NCBI GenBank assembly: GCA_963741945.1
Contig: CAVUKA010000005.1
Location: forward strand, 576,001 to 640,000
Reading direction: 5' to 3'
Origin: an uncultured Gemmatimonadales bacterium
GTDB taxonomy: Bacteria > Gemmatimonadota > Gemmatimonadetes > Longimicrobiales > RSA9
Length of the DNA stretch: 64,000 nt
Shown here: one piece after another, positions 45,255-55,591 of the stretch
How positions within the stretch are numbered: position 1 is the stretch's first letter
How the letters are laid out: every line of letters begins with the position of its first letter
Position numbers and translations under genes: made by a program
Notes under the pieces: model-generated
What the model was told of the DNA's origin: nothing
Database searches by the model: none
Seen by the model: only the letters and a program-made list of their open reading frames with translations

Positions 45255-46283
45255 TCACCCCAGTGCCTCGATGTTGACGGGCGGGCCATCGGGCGATCCG
45301 ACGCGCAGCTGCGCCGGCGGCTCCACCTCCCGACGGACGTAGCCCAGCCCCAGCGCGCCGGCTTCGTTCGCCACGGCGCTGGTGATGACGCCCCTGGAGC
45401 GCCCGGTCTCGGGATCGAACAGCTCCGTGCCCGGCTCGGGCGCGCCTTCCGCGAACTCCAGCCGCCGCAGCTCCCGGTTGACGTGCCCCCGGTGCAGGAT
45501 CCGCACGATCACTTCCTGGCCCGTGTAGCACCCCTTGGTCCGGCTGATCGCGCGCTCCAGCAGCCCGGCCTCGAGCGGGATCACCCCGTCCGTCAGCTCA
45601 CGCCCCCAGCGCGGCCGCCCGGCCATCACCCTCAGCGCTTCCAGCGCTTCCGGCGACCCCGGCCTCGCCCCCGCTTCGGCCAGGCCAGAGACGACGGCGT
45701 CGGCCAGACCGGACGCGTCAGGCCCGAGGAAGAAGTCCCAGCCATCGTCGCCGGTGAGGAGCGTATGGACCGCGAATCCCGCCCCCCCCGCGTCGCCCAG
45801 CGGGACCACCGCCTCTTCCGGCGACGCCGGGTCGAACGCGCCGACTTCCGCCGGGTCCCCGGGGCTCGCCGCCGCCACGTCCGTCGTGGCCGCCGCAGCC
45901 GCCGCGGCCGCGCTCGCTCCATCCCCGTAGACGCCGATCACACGCCAGCCGTCGCTCACGTCCGCCGCCCGCGCGAACAGCGGTGGGACGAACCGTCGCA
46001 GGTGCTCCTGGAGCGGCTCGAGGGCGTCGGGCGCCACGTCCAGCAGCAGCGACGGGCCCTCGCCCGCTTCCGCGCGCAGGAACACGCGGGCGTCCGCCAC
46101 CATCTTCCCTTTCGGCGTCAGGAACGTGGTGTAAACGCCGCGCGTGGGCGAGGCGGCGAGGATGTCGGCGCTGGCCAGGCCGTGGATCATGCGGACCGGA
46201 TCGCGGCCACGGACCGCGAGCAGGCCCCTGGACCGCTCGAGGAGCAGCGGCCGGGTCAATGGCCGGGTCACTGGCCGGGTCAC
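45255..46283 (-). CDS. ygfZ: Folate-binding YgfZ/GcvT-like protein
   Basis: KGCYTGQE signature, LTPKGK. Confidence 0.9.
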   Translation of the reverse strand: MTRPVTRPLTRPLLLERSRGLLAVRGRDPVRMIHGLASADILAASPTRGVYTTFLTPKGKMVADARVFLRAEAGEGPSLLLDVAPDALEPLQEHLRRFVPPLFARAADVSDGWRVIGVYGDGASAAAAAAAATTDVAAASPGDPAEVGAFDPASPEEAVVPLGDAGGAGFAVHTLLTGDDGWDFFLGPDASGLADAVVSGLAEAGARPGSPEALEALRVMAGRPRWGRELTDGVIPLEAGLLERAISRTKGCYTGQEVIVRILHRGHVNRELRRLEFAEGAPEPGTELFDPETGRSRGVITSAVANEAGALGLGYVRREVEPPAQLRVGSPDGPPVNIEALG

Positions 46284-47104
46284 TGGCCGGGGCGCGACAG
46301 GTCGGCGATCAGGGAGCGCACGCGCTGGGCGTCGGGCGCGGTGGGCACGAAGTCGAGGTACCTCTCCAGGTCCGCCACGGCCTCATCTCGCCGCCCCGTA
46401 CGCGCCAGCAGGAGCCCGCGGTCGCGGAGCTCGACGCCGGCGCCAGGGCGCAGCATCAGGATCCGGTCCACGGCGGCCAGCGCCCGGACGTCGTCGCGGG
46501 CGTTCAGATAGATCCCCTTGAGATTCGTCAGGACGCGGGCGAGGATATCCACTTTCGCGGCGGGCTGCAGGAACTCCGGCCGCATGGTCACCATCCCGCC
46601 GTAGACGCGGTCCAGCAGGTCCTGCCCCTCATCCTCCCAGCGCACCCGCCCGGCGTCGAACGGGTCCACCAGCAGGCGCGCGATCTCGCCCTCGTACCGG
46701 ACCAGGAAGTGGCCGGGGAAGTTGATCCCGGACAGCGGCAGCCCCACGCGTCGCCCCACTTCCAGTACCACGATCCCCAGCGTGATCGGGATCCCCAGTC
46801 GGCGGTCCAGCACGTCGTTCAGGAAGGAGTTGCGCGGGTCGTAGTACGCGTCCGCGTTGCCCGCGAACCCTTCCTCCCCGAACAGCACCACGCACAGCTC
46901 CTGGAGGACCACCGGCGCCGCCGTTTCGCCCGCCAGCCGGTCCTGCACGCGCTGCGCGAGCAGGTCCAGCCGCCGCAGGTACGGCGCCACCCTGAGCTGC
47001 GGATACTCCTCCGCCGCGATCAGGAGCGCGCCCACCGCCAGGTCGATCTGCGACTCCGGCATCGCGACCAGATCGGCGAGCCTCTGTCGGGGGGTCATGG
47101 TCAT
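46280..47104 (-). CDS. SirB1/transglutaminase-like protein with TPR
   Basis: YYDPRNSFL..VLDRRLGIPITL, NFPGHF, NLKGIY, RDRG. Confidence 0.9.
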   Translation of the reverse strand: MTMTPRQRLADLVAMPESQIDLAVGALLIAAEEYPQLRVAPYLRRLDLLAQRVQDRLAGETAAPVVLQELCVVLFGEEGFAGNADAYYDPRNSFLNDVLDRRLGIPITLGIVVLEVGRRVGLPLSGINFPGHFLVRYEGEIARLLVDPFDAGRVRWEDEGQDLLDRVYGGMVTMRPEFLQPAAKVDILARVLTNLKGIYLNARDDVRALAAVDRILMLRPGAGVELRDRGLLLARTGRRDEAVADLERYLDFVPTAPDAQRVRSLIADLSRPGQ

Positions 47105-47184
47105 GACGTGAACCTAAGCCGCGTCCCACGGCACGGGCAACGCCGGCCACCCGCGGCGCCACCCCACCTTCGGCCAGCCCCCGA

Positions 47185-47466
47185 TCAGGCCGCCCTCTGG
47201 TCCGGTCCACCGCTGCTCCCCGGACTCAGGTCGAGCGCCGCGGCCCGCTTGCAGTCGTGGCAGTACAGGACCACCGTGTAATCGCCGTCGGGCTCGGCCG
47301 CACGCACGACACCATCCTGGATGCCGTCCACATCGAGGTACGCGATCACCTCCATGGTCCCGGGCCCGCACGTGGGACAGGGGACATCGGATGGGTCGTG
47401 CAGGTAATTCAACGCCAGGGACAGCCCCTCTGCGTTTGTGTATTCGGGCATATTCTGGTCCGTCAT
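47185..47466 (-). CDS. Small hypothetical Zn-ribbon protein (93 aa)
   Basis: RBS GGAAGGAG before ATG 47466; CPTC and CHDC pairs. Confidence 0.75.
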   Translation of the reverse strand: MTDQNMPEYTNAEGLSLALNYLHDPSDVPCPTCGPGTMEVIAYLDVDGIQDGVVRAAEPDGDYTVVLYCHDCKRAAALDLSPGSSGGPDQRAA

Positions 47467-47586
47467 CGTCGTCTCCTTCCTGGGCTGTACAGAGGGGCAA
47501 CATCCGTTCCCTCGCCCGGGGCGCCAACAGGCCACCGCGGGCGCCCCATCCGATCACGCGGAGAACGCGGAGAACCGCAACGACGT

Positions 47587-48333
47587 TTCACGCGAAGACG
47601 CGGAGAACGCGGAGGGCATCGAGCGCGGGGAGACTGTGGCGGCCGGGCACCCTCCCGGGCGAGGCTTCCCCGGGAACGGCATTCACGCGAAGACGCGGAG
47701 AACGCGGAGGGCATCGAGCGCGGGGAGACTGTGGCGGCCGGGCACCCTCCCGGGCGAGGCTTCCCCGGGAACGGCATTCACGCGAAGACGCGGAGAACGC
47801 GGAGGGCATCGAGCGCGGGGAGACTGTGGCGGCCGGGCACCCTCCCGGGCGAGGCTTCCCCGGGAACGGCATTCACGCGAAGACGCGGAGAACGCGGAGG
47901 GCATCGAGCGCGGGGAGACTGTGGCGGCCGGGCACCCTCCCGGGCGAGGCTTCCCCGGGAACGGCATTCACGCGAAGACGCGGAGAACGCGGAGGGCATC
48001 GAGCGCGGGGAGACTGTGGCGGCCGGGCACCCTCCCGGGCGAGGCTTCCCCGGGAACGGCATTCACGCGAAGACGCGGAGAACGCGGAGGGCATCGAGCG
48101 CGGGGAGACTGTGGCGGCCGGGCACCCTCCCGGGCGAGGCTTCCCCGGGAACGGCATTCACGCGAAGACGCGGAGAACGCGGAGGGCATCGAGCGCGGGG
48201 AGACTGTGGCGGCCGGGCACCCTCCCGGGCGAGGCTTCCCCGGGAACGGCATTCACGCGAAGACGCGGAGAACGCGGAGGGCATCGAGCGCGGGGAGACT
48301 GTGGCGGCCGGGCACCCTCCCGGGCGAGGCTTC
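47587..48333. repeat. Tandem array of a 95-bp unit, 7 full copies + 82 bp
   Basis: Units start at 47587, 47682, 47777, 47872, 47967, 48062, 48157, 48252; each begins TTCACGCGAAGACGCGGAGAACGCGGAGGG; copies appear identical. Confidence 0.97.
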
Positions 48334-48399
48334 GAAAATGGGGATCACGGGCACCATCGATGCCGCTGGAAGCCGAGCCGTTGCCTGCCCCGACAGACC

Positions 48400-48576
48400 C
48401 TCCGCGTTCTTCGCGTCTCCGCGTGAAACGTTGTTGCGGTTCTCCGCGTTCTTCGCGTCTCCGCGTGAAACGTTGTTGCGGTTCTCCGCGTTCTTCGCGT
48501 CTCCGCGTGAAACGTTGTTGCGGTTCTCCGCGTTCTTCGCGTCTCCGCGTGAAACGTTGTTGCGGTTCTCCGCGTG
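48400..48576. repeat. Tandem array of a 42-bp unit (4 copies + partial), inverted relative to the 95-bp array
   Basis: CTCCGCGTTCTTCGCGTCTCCGCGTGAAACGTTGTTGCGGTT at 48400, 48442, 48484, 48526. Confidence 0.97.
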
Positions 48577-48648
48577 CTTCGTGTGGGCCGGGCGGGCGGC
48601 GGGGGGCACCCCTTTCGACCGGGCCCCGGCTGTCCTACCATGCCCCCC

Positions 48649-49728
48649 ATGTCCAGCCACGAGATCGTCCGACTCACGGCCCTGAGCCACGGCGCCGGCT
48701 GAGCGTGCAAGCTCGGCTCGGCCGAGCTGGCGCACGTGCTGCGTCGATTCGTCCCGGCGGATGACCCGGCGGTGCTGGTGGATGCCAGCACTGCCGACGA
48801 CGCCGCTGTCTACCGTCTCGATGGGGACCGCGCCCTCGTCGTCACGGCGGACTTCTTCACGCCCATCGTGGACGACCCCTTCGACTTCGGGCGGATCGCC
48901 GCGGCCAACGCGCTGTCGGACATCTACGCCATGGGTGCCCGCCCGCTCCTGGCGCTCAACCTGGTGGCCTTCCCCCGGGACCTGCTCGACCACGGCATCC
49001 TGGAGCGGATCCTGGAAGGCGGCGGCGAGGTGGTGCGGGCGGCGGGCGCCGTGGTGCTGGGCGGCCATTCCATCGACGACCCCGAGCCGAAGTACGGGCT
49101 GTGCGTGGTGGGCGAGGTCCGGCCGGACCAGGTGGTGCGGAACTCCACCGCTCGCGCCGGTGACGCGCTCGTGCTGACGAAAGCGCTCGGCACCGGGATC
49201 ATCGGGACGGCGGTGAAGGCGGGGCAGGCGTCGCCGGGCGTGCTGGAGGCCGCCGTCGCAAGCATGACCACGCTCAACCGCGCGGCCGCGGAAGCCATGC
49301 GCCGCCACGGCGTCCACGCGTGCACGGACGTGACCGGGTTCGGCCTGCTCGGTCACCTGAGGGAGCTCGCGCTGGCCAGCGGACTGGCCGCGCGCGTGGA
49401 TCCAGCCATGGTGCCGCTGCTCCCTGGCGTGCGTCCGCTGGTGGAAGCGGGGCATGTCCCGGGCGGGACGACCCGCAACCGGGCCGACGTGGCGGAGTTC
49501 ATGGACTGGGGCGGTGCCGACGAGGTCACCCGCACGCTCCTCACGGATGCGCAGACTTCCGGTGGCCTCCTGATCGCGCTGCCACCCGAAGATGCCCGCG
49601 CGCTCGTGGCCGGGCTGCGGTCTCCGGACGATGAAGCGGGCGCCGCCGGTGAGTCGGCCGCGCCCGCCATCGTCGGGGAGCTGCGCGCGGGGGAGCCGGG
49701 CGCCATCACGCTCGGGCCCGCGGACTGA
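48649..49728 (+). CDS. selD: Selenide,water dikinase; selenoprotein with in-frame UGA (Sec) at 48700-48702
   Basis: MSSHEIVRLTALSHGAG-U-ACKLG continues in frame into DDAAVY, DFFTPIVDDP, ANALSDIYAMG, TDVTGFGLLGH, DAQTSGGLL. Confidence 0.95.
48704..48736 (+). promoter_or_regulatory. Bacterial SECIS-like hairpin immediately 3' of the UGA
   Basis: AGCTCGGC-TCG-GCCGAGCT 8-bp stem plus lower stem CGTGC/GCACG. Confidence 0.75.
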
Positions 49729-49789
49729 TTTCCGCCCGCTACAGCTCCTCGTCCGCTACTGATCTCCGCTCGCTACAACTGTGCGCCCG

Positions 49790-50356
49790 CTACAGCGTGG
49801 TCGCCCCCTCGTTCTGGAACGCCACGGTGAGCGTGCCGGGCGTGGGGTCGAACAGCTGCTCGTCGGCGTAGAGAGTCGGGAAGAGCTCGAGCAGGCGGGC
49901 GCGCGGGATCTCGGCAATGCCGGTGTGCGTCAGCGTCATGGCCTCCGCGTCCCAGTCCAGCTCCAGCCGCTCGGGGAGGAGCAGCTCGTTGGCGGCGTCC
50001 TTGTTGCCGAACACGAGCCTCAGCCCCGCGGCCGTGCGCGTCACGTTCCCGGTGGCCGTACGGATGAGGTGTGTGGACGGGTCGACGAACGCGATCTGGA
50101 ACACGCCCGTCTGCGAGATCACCAGCTGCGGCTGCGTGCTCTCGATCAGCGGCAGCACGTTCGCTTCCGGCGCCGATCCCTGGGGATCGAAGCGGAGCGC
50201 CGTGAGCGAGTAGATCCCCACCATGTCCGGCTCGATCTTGAGTCCCGTGGGCCCGCTGTCGCCGCACGCCGTGGCGCCCGCGAGCATGGCGAACGCCAGG
50301 ACCACGAGCCCCACCGCGCGATTGCGCCGGTGACCGTGCATACCGTCCTCCTTCAT
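49790..50356 (-). CDS. Hypothetical lipoprotein
   Basis: Basic N-terminus, hydrophobic stretch, ATAC lipobox-like Cys. Confidence 0.75.
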   Translation of the reverse strand: MKEDGMHGHRRNRAVGLVVLAFAMLAGATACGDSGPTGLKIEPDMVGIYSLTALRFDPQGSAPEANVLPLIESTQPQLVISQTGVFQIAFVDPSTHLIRTATGNVTRTAAGLRLVFGNKDAANELLLPERLELDWDAEAMTLTHTGIAEIPRARLLELFPTLYADEQLFDPTPGTLTVAFQNEGATTL

Positions 50357-50360
50357 GTCC

Positions 50361-51794
50361 TCAGATGTGAAGCGCGTGCCCGAGCGAGCTCAGCGCCGCC
50401 TCCGCGATCGCTTCGGACAGCGTTGGGTGCGGATGCATGGCCCGGTCCATTTCCTCGGCCGTGGTCTCCAGGTGCCGCCCAACGATCAGCTCGCCGATCA
50501 GCTCACTGGCGTGCGGACCCACGATGTGCGCCCCCAGCACCTCGCCGTACTTCCGGTCCCGGATGATCTTCACGAACCCGTCCGTCTCCCCCGCCGTACG
50601 GGCGCGGCCGTTGGCGCTGAACGGGAACTTGCCCACGTCGATCTCGTGGCCGGCCTCCTTCGCCTGCGCTTCCGTCATCCCGCACGACGCCACTTCCGGG
50701 TGGCAGTAGGTCACCGCCGGGATGTTGCCGTAGTCGACGCCCGCGTGCTCGTCGCCGGCCATCCCCTCCACGGCCGCGATCCCCTCGTGCGACGCCTTGT
50801 GCGCCAGCAGCGGCGGTCCCGCGCAGTCGCCAATGGCGTAGATGCCGTCCACGTTCGTGCGCATCTTCGCATCGATCTTGATGAAGCCGTTCTCCAGCTT
50901 CACGCCGACCTTGTCGAGGCCGATGTCGTCCGTGATCGGTGCGCGGCCCACGGCCACCAGCACCCGCTCCACGTCCACCTGCTGCGTCTCCCCCTTCTTC
51001 GTCTGAACGAACAGCTTGACCTTGGTCTTCAGGACTTCCGCCTTCTCCAGGCGAGCGCCCTCCATGAGCGTGATGCCGCGCTTCTTGTACGCCCGCGCCA
51101 CCGCCTTCGACGACTCCTCGTCCTCCAGCGGGAGGATCCTGTCCAGCGCTTCGATGATCGTCACTTCCGAGCCGAACGACGCGAACACGTCCGCGAACTC
51201 CATCCCGATGGCGCCCGCGCCGATGATGCCGATGGACTTCGGCACCTCGGGCGCGTACACGGCGTGGTCGCTGCTCCACACCCGGTCCCCATCGATCTTC
51301 AGCATCGGCAGCGACTTGGGCCGCGAGCCCGTGGCGACGATGATGTTCTTCGCCTGCAGCGTCCGCTTCTCGCCCTTCGATTCCGGGGCCTCGTCGCCAT
51401 GCCCCGCGTTCTTCCCGGGCTCCACCTCGACCTGACCCTTGCCGACGATCCGGCCCCAGCCGGCGATGTGCTCCACACCGTTCTTCTTGAACAGGTACGC
51501 CGTCCCCTTGGCTCCCTGCCCCGCCACTTCCGCCGCCCGCTTCGCCGCCACGCCGATGTCCAGCTTGACGTCACCCACCGTGATGCCGAAGTCGCCCAGC
51601 TCACTCACCTTCTTCGCGTGCTTGGCGCTCTCCAGCATGGCCTTCGTCGGGATGCACCCCCAGTTGTTGCACACCCCTCCCAGCTTCTGCGCTTCCACGC
51701 ACGCCACCTTCATCCCGAGCTGCGCCGCCCGGATCGCCGCGACGTAGCCACCCGGGCCGCCGCCGATCACCACAACGTCATACTGTTCCGCCAC
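50361..51794 (-). CDS. lpdA: Dihydrolipoyl dehydrogenase (E3)
   Basis: GGGPGGY, GGVCNNWGCIPTK, HPHPTLSE. Confidence 0.97.
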   Translation of the reverse strand: MAEQYDVVVIGGGPGGYVAAIRAAQLGMKVACVEAQKLGGVCNNWGCIPTKAMLESAKHAKKVSELGDFGITVGDVKLDIGVAAKRAAEVAGQGAKGTAYLFKKNGVEHIAGWGRIVGKGQVEVEPGKNAGHGDEAPESKGEKRTLQAKNIIVATGSRPKSLPMLKIDGDRVWSSDHAVYAPEVPKSIGIIGAGAIGMEFADVFASFGSEVTIIEALDRILPLEDEESSKAVARAYKKRGITLMEGARLEKAEVLKTKVKLFVQTKKGETQQVDVERVLVAVGRAPITDDIGLDKVGVKLENGFIKIDAKMRTNVDGIYAIGDCAGPPLLAHKASHEGIAAVEGMAGDEHAGVDYGNIPAVTYCHPEVASCGMTEAQAKEAGHEIDVGKFPFSANGRARTAGETDGFVKIIRDRKYGEVLGAHIVGPHASELIGELIVGRHLETTAEEMDRAMHPHPTLSEAIAEAALSSLGHALHI

Positions 51795-51972
51795 GCGGTA
51801 CCTCGCCGATTGGGTTCGTCAGGTCGTGAACGTAAGTGGGCTGCGGGGCTGAAGCCACGGAAGCACGAAGCCACGATGTGGCCGCCGCGCGGCGCGCGGC
51901 TTGCCTCGGTCCTCCCGCAACTCCGGTTCCGGAGCACGCATGAATAGTGATCCGTCCTTCGTGTCTTCCCGC

Positions 51973-53451
51973 CTAGGCAAGCACCATCGCCGGCTCCTCC
52001 AGGAACCCGGTCAGCGTCTGGAGGAAGCGCGCGCCCGTGGCGCCATCCACCACCCGGTGGTCGCAGCTCATGGTCATCTTCAGCCGGGGCGCGATCATCG
52101 CCTCGCCTTCTTCCACCACCACCCGGTCCTCGACCTTGCCCACGGCCAGGATGGCCGCCTCGGGCGGGTTGATGATGGCCGTGAACTCCTCGATGCCGAA
52201 CATGCCCAGATTCGAGATGGAGAACGTGGCGCCCGTGTACTCGTCCGGCTGGAGCTTCTTCTCCCGCGCCCGCCCGGCCATCTCCCGCACCTCCGCCCCG
52301 ATCTGCGCCGCGCCCTTCAGGTCGGCGTCCCGCACCACCGGCGTGATGAGCCCGTCCTCGACGGCCACGGCCACGCCCATGTGGACCCGGTGGTAGCGCT
52401 TGATGTGGTCCTCGTGCCACGCGGCGTTGACTTCCGGATGACGCTTGAGCGCCAGCGCCGTCGCCTTGATGAGAAGGTCGTTGACGCTGACTTTCAGCCC
52501 CTGCTTCTCCAGTGCGGCGTTCATCCGCTCGCGCGCTTCCATCATGCGCGTCATGTCCACGTCCACCGTCAGGTAGAACGTGGGCACCGGACCGATGCTC
52601 GTGACCAGCCGCTTCGCGATGGTCTTCCGCATCTGCGTGACCGGGACTTCCTCGACTTCGGGACCCTGGTAGACCGGCTGGACGAACCGGCCGGCGACGC
52701 CGCCACCCGCTCCCGCGCCGGCGGCCGGTCCGGGCGCTCCGGCCCCGCCGCGCGCTCCGGGCGAGGCCGCAGCCGCGGGCGACGTCGCCAGCCCCTGCTC
52801 GAGCGCCGCTTCGATGTCCCGCTTCGTGATGCGGCCGCCGGGGCCCGACCCCTCCACCCTGTCCAGCTCGAGTCCTGCCTCGTCCGCCAGCCGGCGGGCC
52901 AGCGGCGACGCCTTCACCCGCCCGTTCCCGCCGCGCGACGTCCCGGCGCCGGTGCCACCCGCCTCGCCCTGTGCGGGCGCGGGTGTGGCCGGCCGGGCCG
53001 ATGCGTCGGCGGCGTCATCCACGCCCGCCGCCGCCCGGTCGCGCTCGGACTCCCCGGCTGCGGCCACGGCCGCGGCGCCGCGGGAGACCTCGTCGCCGGA
53101 CGCCTCGGCCTGGGCCTCCGCCTCCGCCTTCCCCTCCGCTTCCGCCGGCTCCGCCGGCCGCGCCGCTTCCTCGCCCTCGGTGGAGGCCTGGACGAGGTCG
53201 GAGATGTCCTCGTCGGCGGCCGCGATCACGCCGATGACGGTGCCCACCGGCGCGGTGTCGCCCTGGGAGAGGATGCGCTTCCGGAGCACACCGGAGCCGC
53301 GGGCCACCAGCTCCATGGTGGCCTTGTCCGTCTCGATCTCGGCGAGCACGTCACCTTCGGCGACCTCGTCCCCCTCGCCCTTGAGCCAGCGGACCAGCTG
53401 CCCCTCCTCCATGGTCGGGGACAGCGCCTCCATGTGGACCTTGGTCGCCAT
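51973..53451 (-). CDS. pdhC: Pyruvate dehydrogenase E2 dihydrolipoamide acetyltransferase
   Basis: LSPTMEEG, ETDKA lipoyl site, ASPLARR, DHRVVDG. Confidence 0.96.
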   Translation of the reverse strand: MATKVHMEALSPTMEEGQLVRWLKGEGDEVAEGDVLAEIETDKATMELVARGSGVLRKRILSQGDTAPVGTVIGVIAAADEDISDLVQASTEGEEAARPAEPAEAEGKAEAEAQAEASGDEVSRGAAAVAAAGESERDRAAAGVDDAADASARPATPAPAQGEAGGTGAGTSRGGNGRVKASPLARRLADEAGLELDRVEGSGPGGRITKRDIEAALEQGLATSPAAAASPGARGGAGAPGPAAGAGAGGGVAGRFVQPVYQGPEVEEVPVTQMRKTIAKRLVTSIGPVPTFYLTVDVDMTRMMEARERMNAALEKQGLKVSVNDLLIKATALALKRHPEVNAAWHEDHIKRYHRVHMGVAVAVEDGLITPVVRDADLKGAAQIGAEVREMAGRAREKKLQPDEYTGATFSISNLGMFGIEEFTAIINPPEAAILAVGKVEDRVVVEEGEAMIAPRLKMTMSCDHRVVDGATGARFLQTLTGFLEEPAMVLA

Positions 53452-54437
53452 CAAACTCTCCGGTACAGAACTCGATTGCACGCCTCCACCACCCGCTCCT
53501 TCGACGGCTTGGCCAGCTTCTCCAGCCCCTTCGCGTACGGCATGGGCACGTCCGCCTGCCCCACGCGCAGCACGGGCGCGTCCAGGTAGTCGAACAGCTC
53601 CTCCTGGACGATCCCGATCACGCTGTTGGCGATCCCCGCGAACGCCCAGCCCTCCTCCAGGTAGACCGCGCGGTTCGTCTTCCGGACGGACTCCGCGATG
53701 GTGTCCACGTCCAGCGGCCGGAGCGTTCTTAGATCCACGACCTCCGCGCCCACCCCGTCCTTCGCCAGCTCGGCCGCCGCCTGCAGCGCCACGTGGATCA
53801 TCTTGCCGTGCGTGATGATGGTGACGTCGTCGCCCTCGTGCTTCACTTCCGCCTGTCCCAGGGGGATGACGAAGTCGTCATCATCCGGGACCTCCCCCTT
53901 CAGGGCGTACAGCATCTCACCTTCGAAGAAGGCGACGGGGTCGTTGTCGCGGATCGCTGCTTTCAGCAGCCCCTTCGCGTCCGCCGGTGTGCCGGGCGTC
54001 ACCACCTTCAGGCCGGGGAAGTGCGCGTACGTGGGCTCGAGCGCCTGCGAGTGCTGCGCGCTCAGCTGGAGCGCCGCGCCCGTGGGGCCACGGAACACGA
54101 TGGGGCAGTTGAACTGGCCGCCGCTCATGTACAGCATCTTGGCGGCGCTGTTGAACACCTGGTCCTCCGCCAGCATGGCGAAGTTGAACGTCATGAACTC
54201 GATCACCGGCCTCAGCCCCGCCATTGCGGCGCCCACGCCGAGGCCCGCGAAGCCGAGCTCGGTGATGGGCGTGTCCACCACGCGCTTGTCGCCGAACCGG
54301 TCCAGCAGCCCCTTCGACACCTTGTAGGCGCCGTTGTACAGCCCCACTTCCTCGCCCATGAGGAAGACGCCGGGGTCCCGCTCCATCTCTTCGGCGAGCG
54401 CCTGGTTGAGCGCCTCGCGGTACGTGATCTGTGCCAT
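53451..54437 (-). CDS. pdhB: Pyruvate dehydrogenase E1 beta
   Basis: YREALN, DTPITE, EFMTFNF, AQHSQ. Confidence 0.97.
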   Translation of the reverse strand: MAQITYREALNQALAEEMERDPGVFLMGEEVGLYNGAYKVSKGLLDRFGDKRVVDTPITELGFAGLGVGAAMAGLRPVIEFMTFNFAMLAEDQVFNSAAKMLYMSGGQFNCPIVFRGPTGAALQLSAQHSQALEPTYAHFPGLKVVTPGTPADAKGLLKAAIRDNDPVAFFEGEMLYALKGEVPDDDDFVIPLGQAEVKHEGDDVTIITHGKMIHVALQAAAELAKDGVGAEVVDLRTLRPLDVDTIAESVRKTNRAVYLEEGWAFAGIANSVIGIVQEELFDYLDAPVLRVGQADVPMPYAKGLEKLAKPSKERVVEACNRVLYRRV

Positions 54438-54441
54438 GGCC

Positions 54442-55527
54442 TCAGCGTCCGTCGAAGTAGAGCCGGCCGCTCACGCCGTCGTCGGCGTACACGTGCTCGT
54501 AGAGCGCGTCCTCCCCCGGCTCCGGGGAGTCGTCGGCGAACCCGGTGGCGTCGTCCACTTGCTTCTGGATTTCGGCGTCCATGGCGTGGAGCTCGTCGTC
54601 GGTGAGGCGGTCGCCCTCCCTGAGCACGTCGATGAACCGCTTGATCGGGTCGGTCTCCTTGGCCTTCTCCACGTCCTCCCTGGTGCGGTAGACGCCGTGG
54701 ACCGGGTCGGACATGGAGTGCCCCATGAAGCGGTAGCACTGCGCCTCGATGAGCGTGGGCGTCCCGTCCTCCCGCGCCCGCTCGATGGCGTGCTCCACGG
54801 TCTGGCGCATTTCCAGCACGTCCATCCCGTTCGCCACCACCGACGGCATGGCGTACGCGCACGCCTTCTGCGCGATGTCGTACAGCGACGCCACGCGCTC
54901 CCACGCGGTGCCCATGCCAAAGCGGTTGTTCTCCACGATGTAGATCACCGGGAGCTGCCAGAGCGCCGCCATGTTCATGGCCTCGTGGAACGCGCCCTGG
55001 TTCACCGCCGCTTCGCCGAAGAAGCAGACGACGACGCGGTCCTCCTCCGAGTACCGGATCTTCCACCCGATCCCGGTGGCCAGCGGGATCTGGCCGCCCA
55101 CGATCCCCCAGCCGCCCATGAAGTTCTTCTCGCGGCTGAACATGTGCATCGAGCCGCCCTTCCCGCCCGAGCAGCCGCCGACGCGACCGTACAGCTCCGC
55201 CATCACTTCCCGCGGCGCCACGCCCTTGACCAGTGCGTGGACGTGGTCGCGGTAGGCGGCAATCACGTAGTCGTCGTCGCGCAGCGGCGTCAGGGCACCG
55301 GTGGCCACGGCCTCCTGACCGATGTAGAGGTGGCAGAAGCCGCCGATCTTCCCGAGCGCGTACGCTTCCGCCGCCTTCTCCTCGAACCGGCGACCCAGCA
55401 GCATGAGCCGGAGCATCCGGTGCAGCTCGTCCCGATCGTAGCGCTCCAGCGCTTCCAGGTCCGCGGCCGGCACCGTGACCGTGGCGCCGCCATCCCGGGA
55501 CTTCCCGCCGTTCGTTTTCTCTGCCAT
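54442..55527 (-). CDS. pdhA: Pyruvate dehydrogenase E1 alpha
   Basis: [36 protein letters not shown]. Confidence 0.97.
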   Translation of the reverse strand: MAEKTNGGKSRDGGATVTVPAADLEALERYDRDELHRMLRLMLLGRRFEEKAAEAYALGKIGGFCHLYIGQEAVATGALTPLRDDDYVIAAYRDHVHALVKGVAPREVMAELYGRVGGCSGGKGGSMHMFSREKNFMGGWGIVGGQIPLATGIGWKIRYSEEDRVVVCFFGEAAVNQGAFHEAMNMAALWQLPVIYIVENNRFGMGTAWERVASLYDIAQKACAYAMPSVVANGMDVLEMRQTVEHAIERAREDGTPTLIEAQCYRFMGHSMSDPVHGVYRTREDVEKAKETDPIKRFIDVLREGDRLTDDELHAMDAEIQKQVDDATGFADDSPEPGEDALYEHVYADDGVSGRLYFDGR

Positions 55528-55591
55528 CCGCATCCGTGTTGGCGTCCGCCGCGGAGCGCCATTCGCGCGGGCGGCGGACGGTATGCGCGTC

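Noticed and set aside
47587-48576. CRISPR array
   Set aside because: The sequences between conserved motifs are identical, with no unique spacers, and no cas genes are in the window
47257-48764. Long repetitive ORFs through the 95-bp array
   Set aside because: All three + frames are open only because the unit lacks stops; the period is not a multiple of 3; no RBS or protein-like composition
48649-49728. selD pseudogene with a premature stop
   Set aside because: The TGA is exactly at the catalytic Cys/Sec position and is followed by a SECIS-like hairpin
51800-51970. c-di-GMP riboswitch-like sequence between pdhC and lpdA
   Set aside because: Only a vague GAAGCCACG resemblance, on the strand opposite to the genes, and lacking the conserved core
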